A DNA stretch of 64,000 nucleotides from Eledone cirrhosa (lineage: Eukaryota): assembly GCA_964016885.1 (NCBI GenBank), contig OZ024742.1, positions 37,014,001 through 37,078,000 of the forward strand. The letters run 5' to 3'. The notes under the pieces are model-generated. The model had not been told where the DNA came from. It made no database searches and saw nothing but the letters and a program-made list of their open reading frames with translations. The first letter of the stretch is position 1, and each line of letters begins with the position of its first letter. A program made the translations under genes and the position numbers. Below are positions 24,095-37,085 of the stretch, one piece after another.

Positions 24095-26719
24095 AAAATA
24101 ATATTAAAAAACTAAAGTTGTTTATTTTTTCAATAAGAAGGTGGGAAATGAAAGTGGGGGGAAGAAATATCAAAGGAAGCAAAAAGACTTACTCCTACCT
24201 AAAAGGATTTTCCTGTCAATACTCTTACACCCCCCCCCCCCCCAAAAAAAACACCACAAGACGCTACCTTCCCCTTAAAAACATCCAACAAACTCTACCT
24301 TCCACCCCCCCCCTCAGGTACCTCGCTTTCCAAAGTTAACTCCTCTAAAAACCTACCAAACTGTACACTCCACTAAAAACCTCACATCCCCTGAAAAAGC
24401 CCTCTAAAAGACTTTTTCACCAAAATTGTTCTTTCCCCCTGAAAGACACTAATCTCCTCAAAAATACTCTAAATCTGCTTCCCTAATAATTTTTAGCCAC
24501 TAAAAGATTCACCCCCCCTTTCCCCAAATACTAAAATTACTGCAAAAGACCCACCCCACCCTACTCCCAAATACTAATCTTCCCACAAAAGATTCTAAAC
24601 ATCCCCATCCTACCTATCCTCTGAATATTAACCTTTCCATTAAAAATGATATCCCTCTCTACCAAAACACTAACCTTCCCACAAAACACTCCCCTCTCCA
24701 AAATACTTTAACCCACACAAAAGATTCACCCCCTTGCCACAAAAATCTCTACAGCCCCACTTCAAGACTTTTACCTCCCAATATTGAAAGAATTAAAACA
24801 AAACATACAAATAACTAAAGAAACACTTATTTTTCTTCACATTTTTCCATCTTTTCTTCTAAAAGTCTATTTTACAAAATTATAGTAATAATAATAATGA
24901 TATGGATTGGTAAAATCGTTAGTGTTCAACAAAATGCTTTGTGGTATTTTATTCCGGTTCTTTAAGTTCTGAGTTCAAATCCCGCCAAGCAAGGTCAACT
25001 TTGCTTTTCATCTTTCAATATAAAGTAGCAGTCATGTACTGTGGGTTGGTGTAATCAACTAACGCCCTATTCACCCCAAGTATTTCTGGCCTTGTGCCTA
25101 TGGGAATATTATTATTGGAAGAATCATTAGAGCATGGGACAAAATGCTTTGCTATATTTCTTCCAGCTCTTTGCATTCTGAGTTCAAATCTTGCTAAGGT
25201 TAACTTTGCCTCTCATCCTTCCAAGGGGTGGATAAAATAAAGTACCAGTTAAGTACTGGAGGTTGATTTCAACAACTAACACACTACCCACACAAAAAGA
25301 AAATGCCTGGGTGAGAAATTATCAGCATTATTATTGTTATTGTATGTACAATGATGGTGCTGTAGAGTTCTTGGCAAATCATTAATCCCCAAGACATGAC
25401 CTGGTTTCTGTCCTTAGTTGGGAATTGTTTCACTCATGTTGCTAATGCCTTTTTTTTTTATTTGGTGGGGGAGAGAAAGGTATTAACACCATATTCTCCT
25501 ATTTTCTCTTTCTTATGACTGTGTGACCTCATGCCTGTCTTAAAACAAACAAACATAAAAAAAAACAACTAATTACTATTATCATTATTTAAAATATTTT
25601 TATTGTCATTTTTTTTGTGTTAAATAAAAGTAAAAAAAAAAAAATCAGTCTTGAGATTATTCAGATTCTTTTCTTTTTTTGTGTGTTAACTGCAGATGAT
25701 GATGTGTGGCCTTGTGTTGGGCCCATGATAGTACGGTCATGGGTTTGATTCTTGGACTGGATGGCACATTGTGTTCTTGACCAAGACATCATTTCATGGT
25801 GTTCCAATCTGCTCACCTGGAAAAAACATGAGTATCAGAAGCACTTTGGGGTTAACTTCTGCAATGGTCTGAAGTCTGCTCCAGTTATTGTACAACATGG
25901 TTGTATGGTTAAGAAGTTTGTTTCACAACCATGTGGGGTTTCAGATTCAATCCCATTGCATGATACCTGCTGTAGCTTATATATGTGTATATATATACAT
26001 ATATCTTTTTCTTTGTTCAATTATTCCTGGGAGAGTCCTCAAGCATGCTTTACAGTGAGTCCTGTCAGAAGCAACTGTCTTCAATTGATCCAACTGTATC
26101 GCCAAGCTCAGAGATGTTATCCAACCATCTTGCTTGGAGCCTACCCCTGGGATTCTTGCTGGTTGGTTTTGCCCATAAAATCTGCTCACATGTTCATAAT
26201 ATAAGAGCTGTGATCTATCAATTCGAAGAAGTAGCAGCTCTACTTGGACTAACTCCCTGATCTCCAAGCTATGCTTTCTATTAAGTAACTTTACTTCAAA
26301 GACCCTTTGGAGGAACCTCATTTCAGCTGTTTGTATTCACAATCGTATTTAGCATTCAGTTATCAGAATGGAGGTAGGTGTAAAAACTAAAGTTGCCATC
26401 TTTAATTTGTTTTTTCTTGCTGTTAAGGATTGTGTATATATATGTATATATGTATATTATATGTTGTGAAGGTGCATGGCTTTGTGGTTAGAGCATTGAG
26501 CTTGCAATCATGAGGTTTTGAGTTTGATCTCAGACTGGGAAATGTATTGTGTCCTTCAGCAAGACACTTTATTTTGTTGCTCAAGTTTACTCAGCTGTAG
26601 AAATGAGTTGTGACGTCAACCATAGCCTTTCCCTTGGACAACATTGGTGGCATAGAGAGGAGAGACTGGCATGCATGGGTGACTGCTGGTCTTCCACAAA
26701 CCTTGCCTGGACTTGTACT

Positions 26720-27535
26720 ATCAAATTCTGGGAATATTCAGTAGAAGCAGTAAACAGCTTCTGCTACCTGGGTGACCAAATTAGCAGCAGAGGTGGGTGT
26801 TCTGAAAGTACAGTAGCCAGAGTGAGAACGGGATGCAAGAAGTTGCCATGGTGCAACTACTACATGTAAAACTTATATTCTTAGCTAAACTTCCTGAAAT
26901 CCCACTACATCTCTTGTGTATTTGGAACAGACGATGGAATTTTTACCTACGGCTATGTGATATGCATGAAAGACGACAGCTGTATAAAAAGTGCAGGGCA
27001 ATATGGAAGCTATGGAGTAGGTAGACCCAGGAAAACCTGGGATGACATGATAAAATTTGACCTTGTCACTAAGACAATGTCACTGGATCAAGACCTTTGG
27101 TGTTAGGCAGAAATACAGAAGACCCGCTTTCCCTTACGTACAAAGTTAAACCTATAGTCAGTAGGCCCCTCTTAACCAAATATACACCCCAACCCACCCG
27201 CTACCCCTACTCCATCCTCCCACTTCCACCAACACCACCCTTTCTCTGTAAAATTATGTTGGTACCACAGAACACCCAATCCACACTAAAGTGGTCGTGT
27301 AGGAGACACGGTAAAAAGGCTGCCAGTTCACGCTGTAAAGTGGTCATGTAGGAGACCTGGTAAAAAGGCTCCCAGTCCACTCTGTAAATGTGGTTGGTGT
27401 TAGGAAGAGCATCCAGCCGTAGAAAACCTGCCAGATACAGTCCTATATTAGCGAGACACGGTCACCCGACCGTCTTGTCTCAAGTGGGACAATTCCTGTC
27501 TAACCCCAGCATAGCCATAGTCTAATGACTGAAGC
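26720..27535 (+). mobile_element. Rearranged RTE LINE 3' remnant
   Basis: FCYLGDQISSRGGCSES...; RTE 3'UTR TTGGTGTTAGGAAGAGCATCCAGCCGTAGAAA. Confidence 0.7.
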
Positions 27536-28169
27536 CTGCAAATGATCAACAAATAAAACATAAGCCAATGAGGAAAGTACTTATTAAGCAACCAAATATC
27601 CTTCAAGTCACACGCTGCAATCTGCAAAAGAAAAGAAAGAGGGGTGGGGCGACTCATTCTAGTTTCCCGAGCTCTAACGTCTGAGAAAATGGAAGGGATA
27701 ATCATGACTGGAACACCTCTTGCTTTTCAAATTGCCAGTGTTTTTATTAATCATCTACTAGTTCTCTCCTACATACATCTGCTTTTTCATGTTTTGTTTT
27801 TGTTGGTTTTTCAGCAACCTCGCTGATTACCTCCCTTTTCCCACTCCTATTCAATGTGTTTTGTGTTGACCTTTTAGTCTTCACTGTAATTTTTGTTTAG
27901 TAAACTGCTATTGGCAGAGTTAGTTATTAGCCACTTCTCCCTCAAATTACCCACCACCGTCTTAACCCTTTTAATATCACGTTTTTCATTAAATACTCTT
28001 CCTATAATTTTGAAAATAATCAGGAATTTGGAGGGATTTACTAATGTAATCTTTTCACATTATCAAGGTGGTGTTTGAAACATAACTTAACAAAGGTTCT
28101 TACATAAAATTAGGATGGAAAGTTTTTAGATTAACATTTTAAGATTAACAGTTTTATATTGTAGACTCA

Positions 28170-28618
28170 GAGGCATTTCCCTGGAATGTGGTGAGGGAAA
28201 CGCGTTGGAAAACCATTCCAGCTCGCGAGGCTCACTCATGCGAGTAGCCACCTCTGTACCAATGGTGGTGATTAGGGAGGTGGTCCTAGGGCCAAGGACA
28301 CCAGAAGTCTCCACTGCTACGGGTTTGACCGCAAACCTGTTGGAGAGCGAGCGATATTTGGCGAGTTTACCCTCCTCGGCCGGAAGTGCAGCAGAGCCTG
28401 GATTAATCGCAGACTGCACCAGGTTGCCACCGGAGAAAGTGCCGCTGCATGTGGAATCCCAGATGAGGTGTTTACCACCGCGGAATGGGAAGATGGTCAC
28501 GTCGTCTGGCCTTTTGCCGTCTCCTCAGTCCAGCCCCACCGGCTAAAGTTGAGAGGGGAAACCTGCAGCATCCAAGCCATGCTTTATGATCTCGTGGAGG
28601 GCAGCATGGCGTGGAAGC
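28170..28618 (-). mobile_element. CRE-clade REL endonuclease fragment
   Basis: RHAALHEIIK...DGKRPDDVTIFPFRGGKHLIWDSTC...KLAKY...PVAVETSG. Confidence 0.8.
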
Positions 28619-28749
28619 TGTAGTAGTTGCCTATGGTATCATGTAATGGAGTTCAACCCAGAACCACGTTGTTGCAAATCGAACGTTTTAACTATACAGC
28701 GATGCCAGCACGTTCTCTGTGGAAAAAAAAAAAAAGATTGCGTACTGTC

Positions 28750-28788
28750 GTTACCAAGCAACTGTGACAGCACGGTAGCCATAGTAAC
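28750..28788 (+). promoter_or_regulatory. Tandem RFX X-boxes, putative CCDC178 promoter
   Basis: GTTACC-A-AGCAAC (28750-28762) and GTAGCC-AT-AGTAAC (28775-28788) fit GTNRCC(N0-3)RGYAAC; donor GTGAGT at 28904. Confidence 0.65.
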
Positions 28789-28954
28789 TGACGACGTGGC
28801 GGTGTTACCGGTGTACAAGGATGACAGAATGACAGGTTTGATGGAAGATCTTAACATTGGAGAGAAAGAGTGAAAATATATATTTCAAATTATATTTTAT
28901 TAAGTGAGTAATGGGATACCCATTTTTTGTCATATATATTAAAAATATATTTTG

Positions 28955-29741
28955 GGCGATATCCAATTTTAGTGGACTAAATGCTGCTTACGTGCTGTAG
29001 TTGCTGCTTACTTCAATGTATGAGGCTATTCCAACAAATTTACATTCCCTTTTTTTAGCCGTTAAAAGAAATATAGATTTATTTATTGTTTTTTTTTGCG
29101 ATTTATTTGCCACTGGGGCATAGATTTCTTTATTTGCCACGTTTTTGTTTGTTTGTTTGTTTTTTTTTGCCGATCTGTGGGGATATGTCGCCGGCCAACA
29201 AATGGTCCTCTTCTTCCGATACCACTTCGAAAGAAGGATCAAGGTGGAGAAAAAGGCACTCAGTCCCAGCCAATTCCATGAAAGATGGGTGAAAGTAGCA
29301 ATAATGGCCCGTGTAAGTGGGCCATCTCTCTATATCGGCTTGTACAGGTAAGAGAAGAAGGGAGCACCCCCTCTCTCTGTGCTCCCTGACAGAAAGGTCG
29401 CACACTTTCTACGGGGGTGTGTGTGACCCCAAAAGGCTTCCTCTCTATAGAGGACTTAATTTTTTATATTCCTTTTTAATCACTCGTTAAATGTTTGTAC
29501 TTGATTTTTGTAAAAACTTCCCCCGTGGCAAATAAAGAAATCGTGGCAAAAACGAGCAAATAAAGAAATCTATGCCCCAGTGGCAAATAAATCGCAAAAA
29601 AAAAAACAATAAATAAATCTATATTTCTTTTAACGGCTAAAAAAAAGGGAATGTAAATTTGTTGGAATAGCCTCATACATTGAAGTAAACAGCAACTACA
29701 GCAAGTAAGCGGCATTTAGTTCACTAAAATTGGATATCGCC
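28955..29741. mobile_element. Merlin-like non-autonomous DNA transposon with long TIRs
   Basis: ~185-bp TIRs starting GGCGATATCC; 8-bp TSD ATATTTTG (28947-28954, 29742-29749). Confidence 0.85.
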
Positions 29742-29749
29742 ATATTTTG

Positions 29750-30240
29750 CACAGGTTAAGGCTTTAGAGCGCCCGACATACTTTGCGGCATTTCTCCGGC
29801 TTTTTATGTTCTGAGTTCAAGTCCAGCTGAGGTTAGCTTTACCTTTCATCCTTCCGGAGTCGATAAAATAAAGTACTGGTGTTGATTTAATCAACTTTCC
29901 CGTCCTCCAAAGTTGGCCTTGTGCCTAAACCAGAAACCATTATTGTTATTATTATTATTTAAGGGCGGCGGATTGGCAGTATCGGTAGAGCATCAGACAC
30001 CATGCTTTGTAGCATAGAGTTATGTCTCTTTACGTTCTGAATTCAAATCCCGTCGAGGTTAGCTTTGCCTTTCATCCTTATGGGGTCGATAAATTAAAGC
30101 ACCAGTAATGCACTGGGTCGATTTAATCGACTCTTCCCGCCCCTTCAAATTGCTGGCCTTGTGCCTATAGTAGAAACAATTATTATAGGTGACAGTCTAT
30201 TAGCAGTATCAGTAGAGCATCGGACAACATGCTTTACGGG
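29750..30240 (+). mobile_element. Tandem tRNA-derived SINE copies
   Basis: B-box GAGTTCAAATCC then GAGGTTAACTTTGCCTTTCATCC...GATAAAATAAAGTACC, with (ATT)n tails; many dispersed copies in the window. Confidence 0.8.
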
Positions 30241-30974
30241 CCCGTGGAGACTGTCTGTTACGAGCTGAGATCCGTGGTTCTTGCTATGGCGAGAATCAGC
30301 CTCAAGGTCAACTTGTTCAAGTCGGAGGTGGTGAATATCAACCACGACGTAGAGGGCTTTGCAGCATCAGTCTCGGACGTGCGATCCATTCACCGTCGGA
30401 TGCAGGTCGGCCTGCTAGATGTGAACATGTTCTATGCTGGCCCTAGTATCGATAAACTATAGAAGCTGTTTGTCGTTATCTCTAAAAATGCTATCCGATG
30501 AACTTGGTCTGATGGTTATTTGGTGATTAAATCAGCTAATCATGGACTCCAGAGAAATATGTATAATAACTCATTGGAATAAATTTATGAAGAACTTCAT
30601 ATTGCCTTCGCTATTATTTACTGTATGTATAATCCACCGTGGACTAACAAAACGAATTTAAATTGGTACATGTCGTCGAGTTCTTTAATCCATTGGTATC
30701 ATCGTTGACTGATTAGAATTTGGATTACACAACTCTAATTGGTTAACACCTTATAAAAATTATATGTGTGTGTGTGCGTGTCTATGTTGAAGAAGTAGTC
30801 GACTTGATTTTTTTCTTGTAGGAAGTAATGACGTTGGGGAGACAAAAAGTATACAGGATGGAGTTGCATACATTAATGGGCATGCATAGTCTTTGGCGAG
30901 CTTGCTGGATGCATCAGTCACTGTCAGGCAGACATGTGCAGTATTGTACTACTTGTTGCATTTTCATTTCATAT

Positions 30975-31601
30975 AATATTCCAAACAAGGATCCTGAGTT
31001 CCTGAATGCCATGATAACTAGAGGTGAGACTTGGGTGTATCGGTTTGACCCAGAAACCAAAGCTCAGTCATCACTGTGGAGACATCCAACATAAAAAAAT
31101 ACATTAGTTTGAAGCAAAATCAAGGTGTTTCTGACTTTCCATTGACTACTGAGGTAGTGTACATTACAAATACACACCCAAAGGACAAACAATTACAGAG
31201 CAGTACTGTTAGGAAGTCCTTTGACATCTTTGTGATGCATTTCAACACAAAAAACCAGATCTATAGGCCTCATAAAACTGGCAGATCTATAGGCTCATTT
31301 GTTGCAGTTGATCTAAAATTTCTTGGCAAAGAAAGGCATTTTGCTCATTCACCAGACTCCCTTTTCTCCAAATATGACTTCATCTGACTTTTTTGAGAGC
31401 TATGAGGACATCATGAAGACTGAAACAGTGAAACTGAGAGCCATTCTATAAGAAGCATTCCTGATATGTTTCAAATAGTGGAAGGATCCCTGGAATAAGT
31501 GTGTGGAGGTACAAGAGACCTATTTTAGCAACTGAATCCTACCAAGTGCATAATTTATTTTTTTCTGCCTAAGGTTGAATACCTTTATGACAAACCTCAT
31601 A
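30975..31601 (+). mobile_element. Mariner transposase remnant with 3' TIR-like end
   Basis: DPEFLNAMITRGETWVYRFDPETKAQSSLW (ITGDETW motif); degenerate YSPDL (HSPDS). Confidence 0.8.
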
Positions 31602-31995
31602 TATTAGCAGCAGCATTAACACAGCATGCTTCAGAATACAGGTGTATATGGAAACATATACAATTTTTTTATGTATAAAAAACATCTAAATCTTGCTGTA
31701 GGTATTTTAAGCTGTGATCTTCTCACATGCATTTGTAAGTTTTATATTGAATAATAATGGTTTCTTATATAGGTACAAGGCCAGCAATTTTGGGGGAGGG
31801 GAAAGTCGATTAAATCGAACCCCAGTGCATGACTGGTACTTTATTTTATCGACCCCGTAAGGATGAAAGGCAAAGTTAACCTTGGTGGGATTTGAATTCA
31901 GATCATATATTGAATAATGATAATATTTGATTTGTTTGCAAGCAAACAGCCTCATTACGCTATGTTTTATAGATGGCTATCATCATCCTTTTGTT

Positions 31996-32240
31996 CTAGC
32001 AGAGAGAAACAATCGACAATAATATTGTTTGTGGGTTATTGCTCTTTGTCAAGAAGGAAGAATTGAACAGTTGAAGAGCATGATTAGTGTTGTGGGTCTG
32101 AGAGGGGACATCAGCGACTAAGGGGATGAGGAGGGTGTCAAGGTATTGAGAGATTATTTCAGTAGGGCAGTGGAAACGATAGGACAGGATGGCTGGGATT
32201 ATTGGGTTTATGTATCTTGAGGAGCAAGTAGACTGTGGGT
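31996..32240 (-). mobile_element. Penelope-like RT fragment
   Basis: CPTEIISQYLDTLLIPLV...NTNHALQLF resembles the N-terminal part of PLE RT. Confidence 0.7.
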
Positions 32241-32616
32241 GTGCAATCACAGAAATATTATAATAATAATGAAATTATTGTGTACAGTACTCAGGTGCAC
32301 TACAACTCATCAGGGTGCATGTATAATACATAGAATAATGTACAAATGTCAGGAAAATGAACAGTGTATGAGTCATGAAATACATGTGTGCATGTGTATG
32401 GAGGGGAGTATAAGGTGTAGTGTTGGCGAATTTCAGGAAGCATGGAGGTTTTAAAGGGTGCAGTGTCTCGGCAGTTAACAACTGATGCAGGTAGTTTGTT
32501 TCATGTTTCAGCAATTCTGAGCATGAAAAAATGTTTCCAACTCAATAATGAAGGGTCATTTTTAAATTCTTTCTCAACAGTTTTGTGGTTGTTGTGGTTG
32601 GCTGATATTTTGAAAG

Positions 32617-32725
32617 ATGTCGCTAAAGAAGAAAATTATGAAAGTAGTGAAGATAGAAGATGTAGAGTCACATGCTTATGAGGATATATTTTATCAGTCC
32701 TGTGTGTTATACCGTGATGATTCAG
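32617..32725 (+). CDS. CCDC178: CCDC178-like, first coding exon (MSLKKKIMKVVK...YRDDS)
   Basis: Acceptor CAACAG| at 32580, ATG 32617, donor G|GTAAGT; phase fits the next exon. Confidence 0.7.
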
Positions 32726-33054
32726 GTAAGTCTTATCTGACCATGTGACCATGCCCATTTATTATTCTCTCATTTGATTGGCTATATAGTGAGAGAGAGG
32801 CGGCGGACACTTCTCTGCTTTTTTCGGTATTTGCTTGTTCAAGGTGAAGCTCAGTGTTCATAACTACAAATATTGGAGATGAGGTGGTGATAGGGCAGGA
32901 AGATTGGATAAATTTTTATAGATGAGTTTGGAATGAGTTTAATCTCACCAGTCTTATCTGGTGGTCAATAACCAATTAGATGAGTCTTATTTGGCTATGT
33001 GACTATATCCATTTATTGTTTTCTCATTTGATTTACTAGATAGATATATAAATA

Positions 33055-33600
33055 TATTTCTTTATTTGTCACAGGAGCGTACAAAAATGGGACATTACAA
33101 GACGTGACGGTGGGGGTTTTACATAAAATCTTTAACAATAATAATGGATAACAATAAAATATATACAAAATAAAACAATCGAAATCCCCAATGGGGGGAA
33201 CGTTACTGCTGGGTTGTTTTACACCCCGTGGATAGAACAACCCTCAACACCAGGAACACGTTTTGTTGGTGTTCCCGTCTTCCCGCTGTTTGTCTTCCTC
33301 AACCTACAGGTTTATATACAGAGAAGGCCCATTCATTTGGGCCATTTTCGCCACATTCACCCACCTTTCAGCGAATTTACTGGGGTGTAGCACCTCTCTT
33401 TCCACTCTCACCTTCCTTCTGAAGTGGTACTTAAAGAAGTTGAGTTGTTGTCCGGAGAGAAGGGTGTTTGCCCTCAGTCCTTTTAACTGTGTCCACCATA
33501 TTACCTCTATCGCCATAGCCACCAGACAGAAGAAAACTGCCTCTCCTTTGTTCTTAAATGAAGGTGGCGAGGTGATCCTCATGATGGACTCAGAACGGTT
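33055..33600 (-). mobile_element. L1/Tx1 LINE 3' fragment
   Basis: ORF 33304-33582 is homologous to the C-terminus of ORF2 at ~51530-51812; ends AATAAAGAAAT. Confidence 0.85.
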
Positions 33601-33781
33601 TCAATGTCCTGTTCGCATCTTGGACAGGTCTTTTGGCAGGATCTCTGCCAGGGCATCCGTGCCTGTAGATTTTGTGACATGCAGCATACTTGAGAGATGA
33701 AATAGTGGGTGTCTCAGTCTGAATTTGCTCTTCTTATTGTTGCAATAAAATTCCATGCTGCTTTTTAAAAATATATTTCAG

Positions 33782-33895
33782 TGCCACCATTGGCTCACAA
33801 TTTTGTGTCCTTTCCTGCGAATCCAACTGAAAACACCATCAATGATCTGGTGTTGTTTTACAAAGAAAGCAAGCAGATATTTGAATTTTATAAAG
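33782..33895 (+). CDS. CCDC178: CCDC178-like coding exon 2 (VPPLAHNF...IFEFYK)
   Basis: TTTCAG|...AAAG|GTAAG; 114 nt; phase 1-1. Confidence 0.75.
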
Positions 33896-34270
33896 GTAAG
33901 CTAATGTCTAAGAGAGCCATATATATATATAAACAAATAGTAAGAAGGAAAAAAAATACAGTAGAAAATGCTGGAGAGATTTTTTCAGTGTGATATCAAA
34001 ACATTTATTTATAAAGTAGGTATTTTCGCATTTAATCGTGGTACCGGTTTCAGCATTATATGCTTTCTCAATAGTGGAAGTGCAAAGTGTAGTTAAATTC
34101 CATATTTATACGAATAATATAAAATGGAGAAGAAAAATTATTAGTTTTTACATACATATTTAGAGAGGAAAGTTCATGTTTCTGTCCGAGGCTATCCTTC
34201 GTTCTCTGCTAGTTGACCAACAGAGATATATAGAAATGACTTCTGCTAGACTAGAACTGTAGAAATCATT

Positions 34271-34497
<227 letters not shown>

Positions 34498-34729
34498 GTG
34501 AGGTTTTTTTTACAAAATGAAAAATAACCGAGGTGTCCTACATGAGTGAAAGTATAAAGAAAAAGATGAAATCGAAAATGCAACTGGAGTCTTATTTTTT
34601 AAAAAAATATATATATTTATTTGGTTCCTTTACCGATTTCACAGTTCTTCTGCTTTTCAAAAGGTGAGTTGAGATGGAGGGTCTGTGGTTTTTTTGTGAG
34701 AAAAACCACAGACCCTCCATCTCAACTCA

Positions 34730-34767
34730 CCTTTTGAAAAGCAGAAGAACTGCGAAACTGGTAAAGG
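34730..34767 (+). ncRNA. Minimal hammerhead ribozyme, U3-A8 core variant
   Basis: CCTT-TTGAAAA-GCAG(AAGAA)CTGC-GAAAC-TG-GTA-AAGG; inverted partner at ~34627-34664. Confidence 0.6.
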
Positions 34768-34840
34768 AATCAAATAAATATATATATATATTTTTAAAAA
34801 AAATAAGACTCCAGTTGCATTTTCGATTTCATCTCTTTTT

Positions 34841-34874
<34 letters not shown>

Positions 34875-34876
<2 letters not shown>

Positions 34877-37050
34877 AAAAATTGAACAGGGACAGAACAG
34901 AGAGGCAGTACGACAAATGTTTATTAGATTCACGCTCAGGAGAGTGGGGGGTAGGTGGAGGACGACGTTTCGGGCATAAGCCCTTCTTCAGGTAAGAGTT
35001 CAAAAGGTGTGTAGGGGAGTGGTGGAGAGACATATAGCGAAAGGAAACGGTGCGAATGAAAAATTAACAAATAAAGACAAAAATATAATAAATAATAAAT
35101 AAAAATAAAGCATGATCAAAATACAAGGAATGAGAACATTTAAAAATAAAGGCATGATCAAAATAAACTGAAATTAAAAGGGGGGTAAACAGGTGGTGGA
35201 AGGGTGTGGGGTGAGTAGAGGTGGAGGTGGGTGGAGTGGGGAGAGGGAGACGGGGTGTCCGAGCGGAGAGGGCTGAAGGTGGTGTGTGTGGTTAGGTGTG
35301 CGTGTGTGTGTATGTGAAAGTGAGGGTTGGGGGAAGAACGGGGTTGCATGTTCAGGAAGGTGTGTGTGGGGGGTGTTTTTGTGTGTCGGAGGGTCTGTGC
35401 GTGTGTGGATAGGGGGTGGGGGGAGAGGAATCAGGGGGCTGAGGGTGTAAATATGTGGTGGGAAGCACGTGTGTGTGGTTTAAGCGTGTTGTGGGTGTGG
35501 GTGGCGTGTGGATAAAAAAATTTGTTTTGGGATGTGTGTGTGGGTGAGTTATATAGGTGATGGTGTTAGAGGATGGTTGAAAGTGGTAAGTTACACGGAT
35601 GTATGGAGATTTTGGTTGGAAGTCAAAACGCGTGTGGGTAATCCAAGAAGCGGTGGTCGGAAGAGGAGAGATGTGGGGTGCGCGCGCAACAGGAAGTGGT
35701 CAGCAGTGGAAGTGCTGTGGTCAGTTGGTGCTGAGACAGTGGTCGGAAGGGCATAGCAGCAGTCAGCGGAATGGTAGGGAGGCGAGGATGGGTAGGTGTG
35801 AGAGTTGGAGTGAGGAGGGTGTGTGTGTGTGTATTAGTAGGGGTGTTAGTGGGATGAGTGAGTGTGGAGTGGGGAGAGAAGGGTGTGTGTGGTTCTATGG
35901 AGGGAGTGTGGTGTACTGGTGTGTGTGTAGTTTGGTGAGGAGGTGTTAGTGGGTGTTAGTAGACGGGAGGTGGGGAGGGGTGGAATGCAGGTGTGAGTGG
36001 GGGTTAGTGGGGGTAGGGTGTGTAGAGTTGGTGGTGTACGAGGGTGTGTGGGTACGTGTGCGTGGGGTTGGAGGGTGTTAGTGATGTTAGTTGCGTGTGG
36101 GGTGGGATGGTGTAAGTGTGTGCGTGTGATAAGGAGGGGGGAGGAGGAGAAAAGGGGAGGGAAGGGATGTTAGTATGTTAGTTGGGGAAGGGTGGTTAGA
36201 TGAGGGGTGGAGTGGAGGTGTTAGTATTGTTAGTGTGGGGTGGGCGGTGAAAAGGAGGGGTGTGTTAGTGGGGGATAAGTGGGGGAGGGGGGCGGTCGAA
36301 CGCTAAAGGAATAAGGGTGGGGAGTTCAGGCCGGGGGGGAGTGTGGGTCTGTAAGATGAAGATAGTACGTTGTTCGACCGTGAGGCGATGGGCGGGTGTT
36401 CCGTGGCACTGGAGTAGGCCACAGACTGTGAGATGGTGTGCGGAGTGTCCAGGGCCACCAAAGTGGCGGGCGATGGGGGAACTGCCCCCGAGACGAATGT
36501 CCCGGAGGTGCTCCGTGACTCGGTCCGCCAGGCGGCGTCCCGTCTGTCCGACATAAGTCGCGCTGCACCTCGTGCAACGAAGTCCGTAGACTAGGTTGGA
36601 GGAGGTGCAGCGGAAGGCATGCCGGACCGAGAGAGGGTGGCCGTTGGGACCCTGGAAGGTGGTGGTGTTGGTGATGTGGGGACAGGTGTTGCAGCGGGGC
36701 CTAGAACAGGGGAAGGAACCGGGGGGGGGAGCGTGGGTTGGGGGGTAGGGAGCTGTGGACGAGGAGGGTGCGGAGATTGCGTGCGCGTTTGAAGGAGGGG
36801 AGTGGTGGGGTTGGGAAGATGTGGGAGGTGGAGGGGTCGGAAGAGGCGGCGGATGGTGCGGTGGAGGGGTGGTAGGTGATGGGGAAGGGGAGACGGTGGG
36901 TGGGGTGAGGGTGGTAGAGCGGGGGATAGCACGGGCGCGGGTGAGAGCGGTGTGGACGAGAGAGGGGGGGTAACCTCTGCGGATGAAATGGCTGACTAGG
37001 GAAAGGGCTTGGGACTCGAAGTCAGCATCTCGGCTACAGAGGCAGCGGAT

Positions 37051-37052
<2 letters not shown>
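34875..37052 (-). mobile_element. Penelope-like element 3' part (GIY-YIG endonuclease plus long 3' region), flanked by (TA)n
   Basis: RRGYP...PCSRPRCNTCPH...CTSSNLVYGLRCTRC.ATYVGQTGRRLADRVTEH...ARHF...GLN. Confidence 0.92.
34964..34991 (-). ncRNA. PLE-associated minimal hammerhead ribozyme
   Basis: Minus strand CTGAAGA-A-GGGC(TTAT)GCCC-GAAAC-GTC at the element's 3' end. Confidence 0.75.

Positions 37053-37085
<33 letters not shown>

Noticed and set aside
24200-24800. C/A-rich degenerate repeat region
   Set aside because: No consistent unit or coding signal discernible by eye
30822-30940. Extra CCDC178 exon or ORF 30828-31094
   Set aside because: Acceptor plausible but donor weak; the recognisable part of the ORF is mariner-derived
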